This document shows positions 1 to 10,400 of a stretch of 64,000 nt of DNA, in pieces. This DNA is from Rhodospirillaceae bacterium (GTDB lineage Bacteria > Pseudomonadota > Alphaproteobacteria > Kiloniellales > DSM-21159). The notes under the pieces were generated by a model. The model was not told where the DNA came from. It worked only from the letters and a program-made list of their open reading frames with translations, and made no database searches. Within the stretch, counting starts at the first letter, position 1, and each line of letters starts with the position of its first letter. The position numbers and the translations under genes are program-made. The stretch lies in contig JAJUFM010000002.1 in NCBI GenBank assembly GCA_029265995.1, positions 2,956-66,955 on the forward strand. Direction: 5' to 3'.

Positions 1-78
1 GTCCAGCTTCTCGTCAGGCTGCTGCCCGGCCGCACGAAGCAGCCTCGCGATCTCCTCTCGACTTTGGTCGCCTAGCAT
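1..78 (-). CDS. 5' end of an unidentified gene that runs off the window (N-terminus MLGDQSREEIARLLRAAGQQPDEKLD)
   Basis: ATG at 78-76 (minus strand) opens a frame that stays open to position 1. It is co-oriented with yraN/rsmI. It is too short to identify. Confidence 0.25.
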   Translation of the reverse strand, partial: MLGDQSREEIARLLRAAGQQPDEKLD

Positions 79-213
79 AGTCACTGTTGGCTCCGCTCTA
101 CCTGGAGCAGGCCACGACGCACTGGAGGAGAGCCCCCAGCTCAACCGTGAACAGCTCGCATTCCACTGGAAGTTTCCGCGCTTGGATGAAGCGGTCAACT
201 GCCACGCGCATCA

Positions 214-588
214 CTAGCGGCCCGCGCGCCAGGCGTCTACCACGTAGCGCGGCATCCGCCGGGGCGAAAGAACCAGCGCATCGAAGCGAAAACTGCGCCC
301 CTCAAGCTCAGGATGCTCCTGCATATAGAGGCGGGCAGCGCGCGCGATACGCTCCCGTTGCCGCAGGGAAATGGCGCGGAGCCCCACCTCCAGATCGTCA
401 CGACGCTTCACCTCTACGAAGGCGACCAAGTCGCCACGAGCGGCGATCAGATCGATTTCGCCAAGCCGGCTTTGCCAACCGGTGGCCAGGATTCTGTAGC
501 CGTGAAGTCGGAGCCACCAAGCCGCCAGACGCTCAGCCCGCTTCCCCCGCAGAAAGGCGGCCCGGCGAGACAGGGCATCGGTCTTCAT
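214..588 (-). CDS. yraN: YraN-family (UPF0102) endonuclease-like protein
   Basis: 124-aa ORF with the GEIDLIA...VAFVEVKRR core typical of UPF0102. It has a 4-nt overlap with the upstream rsmI, the usual rsmI-yraN pairing. Confidence 0.85.
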   Translation of the reverse strand: MKTDALSRRAAFLRGKRAERLAAWWLRLHGYRILATGWQSRLGEIDLIAARGDLVAFVEVKRRDDLEVGLRAISLRQRERIARAARLYMQEHPELEGRSFRFDALVLSPRRMPRYVVDAWRAGR

Positions 589-1445
589 CTCTCACCCTCA
601 TCCTCACCCCCTCGATCGAGCGCAAGAGCCCGCTTGTATACTTTTCGTCGTGGCAAGCCGGTCTCCGCCGCCACCTGATCGACTGCATCCCTCACGCTCT
701 GCTCGCCCAATAGCGCCAAGAGGCGCCTGTCCATCGTGGCTTCCGCGTCCTCCTGCCGCACTTCCACCGGCTGCGGCCCCAGCAGGATCACCAGTTCGCC
801 GCGCGGCGGGTCGCTCGCGGCATAGAAGTCAGCCAGCGCCCGCAACGGAGCCCGTCGCACCTCCTCATGAAGTTTGGTCAACTCACGGGCAACAGCTGCT
901 GGCCGCTCGCCTCCCAAAACAGTGGCCATGTCGGCAAGAGTGGCGTCCAGGCGCTTGGGCGACTCATAAAAGATCAGTGTTCCGGGAACGGCATGCAGTT
1001 CTGCCAAAACCTTGCGCCGCGCCGCCTGCTTGGAAGGAAGAAAGCCGCCGAAGAAGAAACGATCGGTCGGCAGGCCCGCGACTGCAAGCGATGCAAGCAG
1101 CGCGGATGCTCCCGGGACAGAAGTTACCGCGATACCTGCATCCAAAACGGCTTGAACGAGTTTATACCCGGGGTCTGACACGAGAGGTGTGCCGGCATCG
1201 CTGGTCAGCGCCACAGACTTGCCTTCCTGCAAGGCATTGATCAGTCTGGGTCTGACACGTTCAGCGTTGTGGTCATGATAAGCGATCAAGGGTCGTTCAA
1301 TACTATGACTGCTCAACAAACGTTTGGTCACGCGCGTGTCTTCGCATGCCACGAGATCCGCTCGCCTCAGCACATCCAGCGCTCGCAGCGTGATATCCGC
1401 AAGATTGCCAATGGGAGTAGAGACCAGATAAAGCTGCTGCCCCAA
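585..1445 (-). CDS. rsmI: 16S rRNA (cytidine1402-2'-O)-methyltransferase
   Basis: 286 aa. The N-terminal LYLVSTPIGNLADIT..ACEDTRVT motif is typical of the tetrapyrrole-methylase-fold RsmI family. Confidence 0.9.
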   Translation of the reverse strand: MGQQLYLVSTPIGNLADITLRALDVLRRADLVACEDTRVTKRLLSSHSIERPLIAYHDHNAERVRPRLINALQEGKSVALTSDAGTPLVSDPGYKLVQAVLDAGIAVTSVPGASALLASLAVAGLPTDRFFFGGFLPSKQAARRKVLAELHAVPGTLIFYESPKRLDATLADMATVLGGERPAAVARELTKLHEEVRRAPLRALADFYAASDPPRGELVILLGPQPVEVRQEDAEATMDRRLLALLGEQSVRDAVDQVAAETGLPRRKVYKRALALDRGGEDEGER

Positions 1446-1522
1446 TGGCTGATTGAGTGCTTTGATCGTCAGATTCCTATTCCTTTAGCGCCGTGCCGTT
1501 CAGTCCTAACAAGGAGCCGCCG

Positions 1523-2743
1523 ATGATACCCTCACGGATCGCCGGAAGCGTCTTCGCCGCTTCTCTCCTCCTCCTGCTGTCAGCCTGCGGAGGATCGCAA
1601 GCTACGCGTGAGGCCGCAGAGGCGCAACGGCCGCAGGAGGTGCTAACCCCAGAGGAGGAAGCGCGCAGCTTCTATGACGATGGTCGTACGCGGGTGGCGC
1701 TTCTGGCTCCTCTGAGCGGCCAACATGCTCAAGTAGGGCAAGCACTGGCCAATGCGTCCCAGATGGCTCTCTTCGACCTGGCCGATGACGACTTTGCCCT
1801 CTCCGTGAAGGATACCGGTTCTGGTGGCCCGTCAGCGGTAGCTGCCTTTCAAGATGCCGTGGAAGAAGGAGCTGACCTCATCCTCGGCCCTCTCTTCGCC
1901 GATGATGTCCGTGCCGTTTCATCCGGTGCCGTGGGCGCTGGCGTTCCGGTGCTTGCCTTCTCCAACGACCGCTCCCTGGCTCAGCCGGGGGTTTATGTCA
2001 TGGGCCTGACGCCCCATGCAGAGGTCGATCGGGTGATCGACTATGCAGCGCGAAGCGGCATTCGCCGCGTGGGGCTGCTGATGCCGCAGACTCCTTACGG
2101 TGACGCCGTCAGGACTGCCCTTTACGAAGCCACCCAGCGATATGGGGGAGAATTGGTCGAGACCGTATCTTACAATCCGCGATCCCCTGACTTTTCTGAA
2201 CCAGTGCGCGAGTTCGCGCAGCGCGGCGGCGTGAGCCGGGGCAGCGGCGGCATGTACGATGCGGTGATGGTGCCCGCTGGGCGCCGGGAGTTGCTGTCCC
2301 TGGCGGCACAGCTCGCCTATCACAACGTCAGCCCAAATCAGGTGCAGTATCTGGGAACACGCTTGTGGGAGGACCTCTCCATCTCTACCGAACCCTCCCT
2401 TATGGGCGGCTGGTTCGCAGCGCCTAACCGCAATTCCTGGGAGCGCTTTCAGGAGCGCTATGAGTCTGTCTACGGCGAAAAGCCGCCGCGGATCGCTGCA
2501 ATCGCGTATGACTCGACGGCGATGGCCGCCGTTATCGCCCAGGATGCCCGAGACGACGACAATGACAGGATTTTCTCAGCTGAAGCCCTGCAGGACGGTG
2601 ACGGTTTCGCCGGAGTCGACGGCCTCTTCCGGCTGCGCCCTGACGGCACGGTGGACAGGGGGCTGGCGGTCTACGAAGTCCAGCGCAACAATTTCATCGA
2701 GCGCGAACCGGCCCCCGCCAGCTTCGTCCCACTCATCAACTAG
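1523..2743 (+). CDS. Periplasmic ligand-binding-fold lipoprotein, LpoA/LppC-like penicillin-binding-protein activator
   Basis: The ORF-track start at 1493 is GTG. The in-frame ATG at 1523 has AAGGAG 6 nt upstream. The protein has a signal peptide with lipobox LLSAC and a type-1 periplasmic-binding-fold body. It is divergent from rsmI. Confidence 0.7.
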   Translation: MIPSRIAGSVFAASLLLLLSACGGSQATREAAEAQRPQEVLTPEEEARSFYDDGRTRVALLAPLSGQHAQVGQALANASQMALFDLADDDFALSVKDTGSGGPSAVAAFQDAVEEGADLILGPLFADDVRAVSSGAVGAGVPVLAFSNDRSLAQPGVYVMGLTPHAEVDRVIDYAARSGIRRVGLLMPQTPYGDAVRTALYEATQRYGGELVETVSYNPRSPDFSEPVREFAQRGGVSRGSGGMYDAVMVPAGRRELLSLAAQLAYHNVSPNQVQYLGTRLWEDLSISTEPSLMGGWFAAPNRNSWERFQERYESVYGEKPPRIAAIAYDSTAMAAVIAQDARDDDNDRIFSAEALQDGDGFAGVDGLFRLRPDGTVDRGLAVYEVQRNNFIEREPAPASFVPLIN

Positions 2744-2750
2744 CTCCGCA

Positions 2751-2789
2751 ACGCCTTCACTCTGGATGCGTGGTTCAGAGTGAAGGCGT
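2751..2789. terminator. Perfect 14-bp inverted repeat (ACGCCTTCACTCTG / CAGAGTGAAGGCGT, 11-nt loop) between convergent genes
   Basis: Read directly from the sequence. It lies in the 58-nt gap between the stops at 2743 (+) and 2802 (-). No U-tract is present on either side. Confidence 0.5.
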
Positions 2790-2801
2790 AACCAGCTTGG
2801 C

Positions 2802-5800
2802 TCATTGCCCCCGCATCGCGTCCGGGGGGAAGACGGAGGGTGGTTCAACCGGGGAATCTCCCGCCGGCAGGTTGAAGAGACTACGCAGGAACCCGGGGGC
2901 AAGCACCGACAGCGGATTGACGGAAAACTGAGGGTCATCGATCGGGCCGGAAAGTGCATAGGTGACCCCCAAGACACCCTCGCCTTCTCCACCCGTCAGA
3001 AGAAATCCCAGCAAGGGGATGGCGCCCAGCACGCGATTGATCGAGTAGGCAGGCACCAGCGTTCCTCGTACATCCGAATCAGAACCTTCCAGGTCAAGAT
3101 GCCCCCGAGCGGTGATTCCCAGGGAAGGTCCGAAGGCGCGCACCAGATCGCTGCTCAAACGGCCGTCGGCAAGCTGGACGTTGCCCGTCAGGCGCTGAAA
3201 AGCAATTCCCTCCCCGGCCAGAACATTACCGAGGCCCGATAAGGAGGCTATCGTCAGCAGGCGCGCCATCGCGGGCGCTTCCACCAAGCTATAGTCGGCG
3301 GCCCAAACTTCGAAGTCCATAGGCGCTTGGGGAAGCGGCCCGGGGCTGGTGCCCACTACCTGCAATTCGCCGCCTTCAACCATGTCGAAGAGATCGACGG
3401 CTCTGAGAAAGGCGCCCAGATCGTCAGCCTCGAGATTGAGCGCGTAGCCAGGGCGGTCGGCCGCGCGGCCGTAAAGCAGGGATACCCGCTTACTTACCGT
3501 CTGCTCGTCGGCCTCGTCATAGACGCCTCTGTAGCGCCAGAGGTGGCGCGGAACCTCGCCACGCAACACCATCTCCTGCCAGTGATCGCCTTCTTTCAAA
3601 AGACGAAGCTCAACGGTTCGCAGGTAGCGGTTATCTCCAAAGCGAAGCTCTGACAGGTGCGGCGCCTGGATCTTCAGTCGGCCCCTGCTCTGGGCTACGC
3701 CATCCCCTGCCTCTTCCGCTTCCTGCTCGCCCTCACCTTCTAGAAAGGCCTCTAGGTCCAACCGCCCGCCGCCGATCTCTATCTCGCTTCCCCCCTCGGG
3801 TAGCAGGTTGATTGAGAGCTGTTGCAATTGGTTTTCGCCGAAGGCAGCGCTGGCGAACTGCAAACGACTGGGATCTCCCTCGCCGTCGAATTCGATTTGT
3901 CCCTCTGACAGCAGGAGGTCTTCGGCGTTTAGGTGGAAGTCGGTCATCGATACGGGGCGATCATTGCGAAGTAGCACCTGGCCGCTGAGCTCGCCGGGGA
4001 GGCCTGAGGCTTTTCTCCAGCCAATCTCCTTCAAATTCAGCTCCGCCTGGTTCAGGTTCAAAGAAAGTCCCAAGGTGGCGGCGCCCGGAGCTCCTGACAC
4101 CAGGTTGATCTGACCGCTGACCGGACCCAGCAGATAGGGAGCGAGATCGACATTCAGTTGTGCCCGACCTGTCTCATCGAGATGCGGCAAGTAGGCGCTT
4201 ACCCGGGTGGACTGGTTCGCGGCCTTGAAGGCTTCACTCCACTCCAGATCCTGGATCTCGACATCACCCAAAAGAGCGCTGCCATTTACCTGCATACCTT
4301 CGTGGGTCAGGCTCAAGCCAAGCTGTCCGCCTGTCAGATCCTGCCCCAATACCGCCGATCGCAAAACCACGTCACGCAGGGTCGCGTCGACACCAATCTC
4401 GATATCCTCCTCCGTCACCTCGCGTTCCAGCGGCACCATGAAGCGAGCATTCGCCTCGGCGCGGCCGCCGGAGCCCGCTGAACGGAAACCGAAATCCTCC
4501 AAGAGATTGAGGCGCGGGTGCTCCAGCACCTCCAGCACGAGGGGAAGGGGCGAAGAAGCATCCAGGTCGACGGTCAGGAACTGGTCGGGATCCTGCAGAC
4601 CCAAAATATGGATATCGCCCTGCTGTACCTCGAGCGCCTCGAGAGCGCCCTCTTCCACGGTGAAATGAAAGGCATCGGCGTCGAACGTTGCCTGCCCCTG
4701 CACGCCGGTCACCGGCGGCAGCGGGCGCAGGTAATGAACCTCTAGGTCCTGGAAGGTAAAGCCGCCGGTAAGTTCATGAATGATTGGCTCCCTTGCCATA
4801 TCATAGGGAAGGGTTACCCGCGCTTTTACTTCCCCGCTTGGGGCACTTCCGGCTCTGATGTTCTCGATCACCCAGGCTCTTGATCCGGCATCGGCCACCG
4901 TGGGCCAGTAGAGTTCGAGATCAGAGACCAGAACGTTCCTGGTGTTTGCCTCTACCGCAAGATCCACGCCTTGATCCCGCCGCTCCACCGCACCCGCCAG
5001 TTCCAGAACAGGACCGGGATCGATTTCATTGCCGAGCCGAATCTCGCCCGCCGAGATCTGGAGGCTTTGTGCGGGACCGTCCAAAGCTCCTTCCAGTGAG
5101 AGCGCCAATACTTCGAATGGCTGAGCGAAAACATCGGGGAGCTCTATTCGGCCCGGCTGGCCTTCCAGCCGAAACTCACCAACAGGCAGCTCGCCGTTTA
5201 CCGGCAGATCAAAGGTCGCTTGTCCTTCCAGGCTGATCGCGACGCCGGCCAGCTCCGGAAGCCCGGACCAGGGGGCGAGGTCAGCAGCATAGAGCTCGCC
5301 GAAATCCAGCTGCCCCTCGACCACTTCGCGGTCGGCGTCATAGTGCAGCCCGGCCCTGAGCCGCGCTTGCGCCTCTCCGAGCTGCGCTCGTCCGTCGATC
5401 CGTCCACTGACGCCATGAGTGTCGCGCCAGATCAACAAACCAGCTTCCCGCACCTCCACCTTGCGGTCCACGCGCCTGTCATCGAGCAAGAGGCGTGCGT
5501 TGCGAATGTCGATCTCGCGAAGATAGGAGATTGGCCTGGAGGGATCGGCTGGGGACAGCAGCTGCGCCAGCACCCGCTCCGCAACAGCCGACAGATCAGG
5601 AGCGCCTTCCTCCTCATCGGCTCGGTCGACAAAGGAAAAGCGCCCTTCCTCATCACGCAGGACTCGCAGACGCGCCCGATCAAGCTCGATACGGGTGGCG
5701 CCCAACGTCCCATGCCTCAGAGCATCCAGACTGAGCGAAAGTTCGGCGCGTGGTAAGAAAGCAAGCGGTCGGCCCTCCGGCCCGCGCAGGCGCCAATCTC

Positions 5801-6032
5801 GAGCTTCTATTTGAACTTCTTGATTATTTCCGTCCCATATCAATGCCGTGCTGCCGATGGAAACGGTGATGCCCTCACCGGCAAAAGCCCGTTCAATATA
5901 GGGTGTTAGAAAACCCATGGGTACCGGTTCGGAGGTCAGGCGCCAGAAAAGAACGAGCAGAGCAATCACCAGGATTGCCGCCAAGGCCCCCAGCGCCTCC
6001 AAGAAAAAACGTCCCGTGCCGCGGTAACTCAT
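2802..6032 (-). CDS. YhdP/AsmA-like large envelope protein (N-terminal TM anchor, DUF3971/AsmA_2-like)
   Basis: 1076 aa with a single N-terminal hydrophobic helix. The long predicted beta-rich body and C-terminal region are typical of AsmA-like lipid-transport proteins. It is divergent from glnE. Confidence 0.7.
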   Translation of the reverse strand: MSYRGTGRFFLEALGALAAILVIALLVLFWRLTSEPVPMGFLTPYIERAFAGEGITVSIGSTALIWDGNNQEVQIEARDWRLRGPEGRPLAFLPRAELSLSLDALRHGTLGATRIELDRARLRVLRDEEGRFSFVDRADEEEGAPDLSAVAERVLAQLLSPADPSRPISYLREIDIRNARLLLDDRRVDRKVEVREAGLLIWRDTHGVSGRIDGRAQLGEAQARLRAGLHYDADREVVEGQLDFGELYAADLAPWSGLPELAGVAISLEGQATFDLPVNGELPVGEFRLEGQPGRIELPDVFAQPFEVLALSLEGALDGPAQSLQISAGEIRLGNEIDPGPVLELAGAVERRDQGVDLAVEANTRNVLVSDLELYWPTVADAGSRAWVIENIRAGSAPSGEVKARVTLPYDMAREPIIHELTGGFTFQDLEVHYLRPLPPVTGVQGQATFDADAFHFTVEEGALEALEVQQGDIHILGLQDPDQFLTVDLDASSPLPLVLEVLEHPRLNLLEDFGFRSAGSGGRAEANARFMVPLEREVTEEDIEIGVDATLRDVVLRSAVLGQDLTGGQLGLSLTHEGMQVNGSALLGDVEIQDLEWSEAFKAANQSTRVSAYLPHLDETGRAQLNVDLAPYLLGPVSGQINLVSGAPGAATLGLSLNLNQAELNLKEIGWRKASGLPGELSGQVLLRNDRPVSMTDFHLNAEDLLLSEGQIEFDGEGDPSRLQFASAAFGENQLQQLSINLLPEGGSEIEIGGGRLDLEAFLEGEGEQEAEEAGDGVAQSRGRLKIQAPHLSELRFGDNRYLRTVELRLLKEGDHWQEMVLRGEVPRHLWRYRGVYDEADEQTVSKRVSLLYGRAADRPGYALNLEADDLGAFLRAVDLFDMVEGGELQVVGTSPGPLPQAPMDFEVWAADYSLVEAPAMARLLTIASLSGLGNVLAGEGIAFQRLTGNVQLADGRLSSDLVRAFGPSLGITARGHLDLEGSDSDVRGTLVPAYSINRVLGAIPLLGFLLTGGEGEGVLGVTYALSGPIDDPQFSVNPLSVLAPGFLRSLFNLPAGDSPVEPPSVFPPDAMRGQ

Positions 6033-6145
6033 AAGTCGACCCTACCGTCACGGCATCCGCCGCTCAGCTTCGCGCGCATCGCCAACCACTTGACCGGGGA
6101 AAGCGAGCTCGCGCAGTCTCATCCCTTCCACCGCGGGCGCTTTCG

Positions 6146-9130
6146 ATGCAACCTGATTATCTGCCTACCCCCGACAGTCTGCCACCATCCAGAGCCGCGG
6201 AAAGGATCGCGAGTGGCCGCGCCAACTGGCGGGAACGCCTCGCACGCCTCGACAAGGATCAGCAGCAACCGTTAAGGGAGCTGACTGAGACCCCAAAAGG
6301 CAAGCATCTGCTTGAGTCCTTATTTGGACACTCCCCCTTCCTCGCGCATTGCCTTCTGGTCGAGCCGCTCTTCTTGATGGAGTTGGCCGCCAAAAGCGTT
6401 GATAGCTGCTTTGCCGAGATCCTCGCCACCTGTCGCGATCCCAAGTTGGCCAATAAAACGAAGGCTGAGGTCGAGACCGCGCTGCGGCAGGCCAAACGTC
6501 GCGCGGCTCTGGTCATCGCCCTTGCCGACATCAGCGGACAGTGGCCACTCTTGCAGGTAACGGCGGCACTATCCGAGCTTGCAGATGCAAGTCTGGACGC
6601 TGCCCTCGCTCACCTCCTGCTAGCCGCCCATGAACGCGGCGACCTCGTGCTGACAAATCCCGCAGACCCGCTGAAAGACTGCGGCTACGCAGTTATAGGG
6701 ATGGGCAAGTACGGAGCTCGAGAACTCAACTACTCCTCCGACATCGATATCATCCCGCTCTATCAGTCGCGGAAGATCGACTACCGCCATACTCGAGGCG
6801 TGCAGGAAGGCATGGTGCGCCTCACTCGAGACCTGGTGCGGATGATCGATGAGCGGACCTCCGACGGTTATGTCTTCCGCACCGACCTGCGGCTGCGCCC
6901 GGATCCCGGCGCCACGCCCCTTTGCCTCTCCCTTTCGGCGGCTCTCACCTACTACGAGTCGCAGGGACAGAACTGGGAGCGCGCCGCCATGATCAAGGCC
7001 CGGGCAGTGGCGGGTGATCGGAAAGCTGGGGAGGAGTTTCTCGAAGAATTGACTCCCTTCATCTGGCGCAAGCATCTGGATTTCTGGGCGATCCAGGATA
7101 TCCACTCCATCAAGCGCCAGATCCAGGCGCACAAGGGTGGGAAGGATGTCGCGGTTGAAGGTCACAACATCAAGCTGGGTCGCGGAGGAATTCGGGAGAT
7201 CGAGTTTTTTGCTCAGACGCAGCAACTTATCTTTGGCGGGCGCGACTTCGGGCTGCGTGAGCCGCGAACGCTGGACGCCCTCTCTGCACTGCGCGCTGCC
7301 GAGCGCATAACCCCGGAGGAAGCAGAGGCTCTGCAGGCAGCCTATAGCTTTCTTCGCACCCTCGAACACCGTTTGCAGATGGTGGACGACCAGCAGACCC
7401 ACAGCCTGCCCGATACACCGGAAGGCATCAGGGCGATCGCCCAGTTCATGGGTTTTGAAGATCCGGCAGCCTTTCGGCAGGTACTGCTAAGGCATTTGCG
7501 GGCCGTGGAAGAAGCCTATGCGGAACTCTTTGAAGAGGCACCCTCCCTGGCCGGCCCGGGCAATCTTGTCTTCACGGGGGGCGAGCCGGAGCCGGGCACG
7601 CTGGCCACACTTGAGACCCTGGGCTTCAAGAATGGCGAGCGGGTCTTCAATCTGGTGCGAACCTGGCACCACGGTCGCTATCGGGCCACGCGCTCCGTGC
7701 GGTCGCGGCAGATCCTGACCGAGCTTATGCCGGCGCTGCTACAAGCCCTCGGCAAGGGAAGCGACCCTGACAGCGCCCTGGGGCGCTTCGATACCTTCCT
7801 GTCACGTCTGCCAGCGGGGGTTCAACTATTCTCGCTGCTCTACCAGAACCCTGCCCTGCTAGAGACGCTAGCCGAAATTCTGGGCAGCGCGCCTGCCCTT
7901 GCGGATCGCTTGGCCCGGCAGCCGATTCTGCTGGACGCGGTTCTCGATACGGATTTCTACGAACCGCTGCCTGACGCCGAACAACTGCGCGCGGAACTGG
8001 AAGAAGAGTTCGCCCACTGCCGCGATTTTCAGGACAAGCTGGATGCCGCCCGTCGCTGGGCGGCGGACTATCGGTTCCGCGTCGGCGTTCAGATTCTGCG
8101 CGGCACGATCGAGCCCAACCAAGCTTCCCGTGCTCTCTCAGACCTGGCTGACGCAGCGATTGCCCTGCTGCTGCCCGCCGTGGAGCAGCAGATGCAGGAA
8201 GCACATGGACGCGTCCCGGGGGCTGGGCTGGCCGTTGTGGCACTCGGCCGTCTCGGAGCCCGGGAGATGACCCTCACCTCTGACCTGGACCTGGTCTTTG
8301 TCTATGACTGCGACGATCCCCTCTACGAATCAGACGGTCCGCGCCCGATTGCTGCCAGTCTTTACTTCGGCAGGCTGGCGCAGCGCCTGATCGCGGCCTT
8401 GTCCGCGCCCACAGGCGAAGGTGCTCTCTACGAGGTGGATCCGCGCCTTAGGCCGTCGGGCGCCTCCGGGCCAATCGCGCTGTCGCTCAAGGGCTACCGC
8501 CGCTACCTCGAGGAGGAAGCCTGGACCTGGGAGTTGATGGCTTTGACGCGTTTCCGACTGGTCGCGGGCGAGTCAAACTTCGTCCGACGCTGTGAGAAGA
8601 CGCTTTGCGAGGTGCTGTCGCTAGAGCGGGATCCGGACCAACTGCTGCTGGCCGTGGACGACATGCGCCGCCGTATCGCCAAGGAGTATCCAGGCACCAG
8701 CCTGTGGGACATCAAGTACACGCCCGGCGGCCTCTACGATCTGGATTTCATCGCGCAGTACCTGCAGCTTCGCCACGCTGCGGAGCGGCCTGCGGTCCTG
8801 GCGTCCTCTAGCGATGCAGCTTTCGCAGACCTTGCCGCTGCGGGCCTGTTACCGACCGACAAGGCCGAGATGCTGCGCTCGGCCGGGCGCCTGTGGCGGC
8901 AGGTACAAAACTACCTGCGCCTGACCAGCGGAGAAGGCTTCGATCCCGCGAAAGCCGCTCCTGGCTTGCGTGAAGCCCTCGCGCGCGCGGTGGGGATGCT
9001 TGACTTCGACCGCTTGGAGAGCACCCTGCAAGCCAATGCAGCCGCTGTGAGAGGCTGTTACGAGGCGCTGATAGCAGCTCCTGCACAGACGCTGCGCAAT
9101 GTACGGGATGAGAAGGAGAGAGAAGAATGA
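6146..9130 (+). CDS. glnE: Bifunctional glutamine synthetase adenylyltransferase / adenylyl-removing enzyme
   Basis: 994 aa with two nucleotidyltransferase repeats: GMGKYGARELNYSSDIDI and ALGRLGAREMTLTSDLDL. Confidence 0.92.
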   Translation: MQPDYLPTPDSLPPSRAAERIASGRANWRERLARLDKDQQQPLRELTETPKGKHLLESLFGHSPFLAHCLLVEPLFLMELAAKSVDSCFAEILATCRDPKLANKTKAEVETALRQAKRRAALVIALADISGQWPLLQVTAALSELADASLDAALAHLLLAAHERGDLVLTNPADPLKDCGYAVIGMGKYGARELNYSSDIDIIPLYQSRKIDYRHTRGVQEGMVRLTRDLVRMIDERTSDGYVFRTDLRLRPDPGATPLCLSLSAALTYYESQGQNWERAAMIKARAVAGDRKAGEEFLEELTPFIWRKHLDFWAIQDIHSIKRQIQAHKGGKDVAVEGHNIKLGRGGIREIEFFAQTQQLIFGGRDFGLREPRTLDALSALRAAERITPEEAEALQAAYSFLRTLEHRLQMVDDQQTHSLPDTPEGIRAIAQFMGFEDPAAFRQVLLRHLRAVEEAYAELFEEAPSLAGPGNLVFTGGEPEPGTLATLETLGFKNGERVFNLVRTWHHGRYRATRSVRSRQILTELMPALLQALGKGSDPDSALGRFDTFLSRLPAGVQLFSLLYQNPALLETLAEILGSAPALADRLARQPILLDAVLDTDFYEPLPDAEQLRAELEEEFAHCRDFQDKLDAARRWAADYRFRVGVQILRGTIEPNQASRALSDLADAAIALLLPAVEQQMQEAHGRVPGAGLAVVALGRLGAREMTLTSDLDLVFVYDCDDPLYESDGPRPIAASLYFGRLAQRLIAALSAPTGEGALYEVDPRLRPSGASGPIALSLKGYRRYLEEEAWTWELMALTRFRLVAGESNFVRRCEKTLCEVLSLERDPDQLLLAVDDMRRRIAKEYPGTSLWDIKYTPGGLYDLDFIAQYLQLRHAAERPAVLASSSDAAFADLAAAGLLPTDKAEMLRSAGRLWRQVQNYLRLTSGEGFDPAKAAPGLREALARAVGMLDFDRLESTLQANAAAVRGCYEALIAAPAQTLRNVRDEKEREE

Positions 9131-9591
9131 CGGTCGAACCCGGCCAAGTCGCCCCCGATTTCACCCTGCCAACCGATGGCGGGGGCACCCTCTCTCTCAG
9201 GGAGCTACGGGGAAAGAAGGTGGTGCTCTACTTCTATCCCAAGGATGATACTTCCGGCTGTACAGCCCAGGCCTGCGCCTTCCGCGATGCGCTGCCCGAC
9301 TTCAGCGCCGTCGATGCTGTCGTCGTAGGAGTGTCGAAGGACAGCGTGCGCCGTCATGACAACTTCAAGCGCAAGTATGAGTTGCCCTTCACCCTGGCGT
9401 CCGATGTGGACGGTGAGGTTTGCGCGGCCTATGGGACATGGGTCGAGAAGTCGATGTACGGCCGGAAATACATGGGCATCGAGCGCTCCACCTTCCTGAT
9501 CGATGAGGAAGGCACCCTTCGCCAAGTCTGGCGCAAGGTAAAGGTGCCGGGTCACGTGGAAGAGGTCCTGAAGGCGGCACAGGATCTCTGA
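9127..9591 (+). CDS. bcp: Thioredoxin-dependent peroxiredoxin Bcp
   Basis: 154 aa with a FYPKDDTSGCT peroxidatic-Cys motif. An ATGA overlap joins it to the glnE stop. Confidence 0.9.
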   Translation: MTVEPGQVAPDFTLPTDGGGTLSLRELRGKKVVLYFYPKDDTSGCTAQACAFRDALPDFSAVDAVVVGVSKDSVRRHDNFKRKYELPFTLASDVDGEVCAAYGTWVEKSMYGRKYMGIERSTFLIDEEGTLRQVWRKVKVPGHVEEVLKAAQDL

Positions 9592-10400
9592 TGCAGTTTT
9601 CCCTGGTTGGCGCGGCTCTCGCGGTTCTGGATGTCCCTGAGCCCGAGAGGAAGGTCCGCCGGTCACAGGCAGCAGCTTCCGACTGGCGCGGGCTGCGCAT
9701 CACACATATCGGCGAGGCCGCCCCGCCACCCCGCCCGGCCAGACCGGCCCGCCCAGAGCTCCTGCCACCAAGCAAGGTGAAGAGGCGCAAGATTGGCAGT
9801 GCGAGCGCTGGACGTGTCGCCCTGTTGCACGCCTTGGCTCACATCGAGCTCAACGCCATCGACCTCGCCTGGGACATCATCGCCCGTTTCACCCATGAGG
9901 AACTGCCGCGCGACTTCTATGACGACTGGGTGCAGGTGGCCGACGAAGAAGCCAAGCACTTTGACCTTCTATCGAATCGGTTGTCGGATCTCGGGGCGGC
10001 CTATGGCGATCTGCCTGCTCACGATGGGCTCTGGCAGGCGGCGGAAGCGACCGCCGACGATCTCCTGGCTCGGCTGGCGGTGGTGCCGATGGTGCTGGAA
10101 GCCCGCGGGCTCGATGTTACGCCGGCCATGATCGAGAAACTGCGAGGCGTGGAGGACAATGCATCTGCCGACATTCTGCGGATCATCTACGAAGAAGAAA
10201 TAGGTCACGTCACCATCGGCCGTCGCTGGTTCCAGTGGCTCTGCGAGCGGCGGGGGCTTGAGCCGCTTGCTACCTGGCAAGCTCTTGTGCGCGAGCGTTT
10301 CCGCGGCCCCCTCAAGCCACCCTTCAACGAAGCCGGCCGAAATGAAGCGGGCCTTCCCTCGGATTACTACGCGCCCCTGGTTGACCGTCCCGACGGCTGA
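9591..10400 (+). CDS. DUF455 ferritin-like domain protein
   Basis: 269 aa. LLHALAHIELNAIDLAWD and EEIGHV motifs are characteristic of the DUF455 family. A TGATG junction joins it to bcp. Confidence 0.8.
   Translation: MQFSLVGAALAVLDVPEPERKVRRSQAAASDWRGLRITHIGEAAPPPRPARPARPELLPPSKVKRRKIGSASAGRVALLHALAHIELNAIDLAWDIIARFTHEELPRDFYDDWVQVADEEAKHFDLLSNRLSDLGAAYGDLPAHDGLWQAAEATADDLLARLAVVPMVLEARGLDVTPAMIEKLRGVEDNASADILRIIYEEEIGHVTIGRRWFQWLCERRGLEPLATWQALVRERFRGPLKPPFNEAGRNEAGLPSDYYAPLVDRPDG

Noticed and set aside
87-713. 208-aa + strand ORF across the yraN/rsmI junction.
   Set aside because: It is antisense to two well-supported genes and its composition is low-complexity Arg/Pro/Ser-rich.
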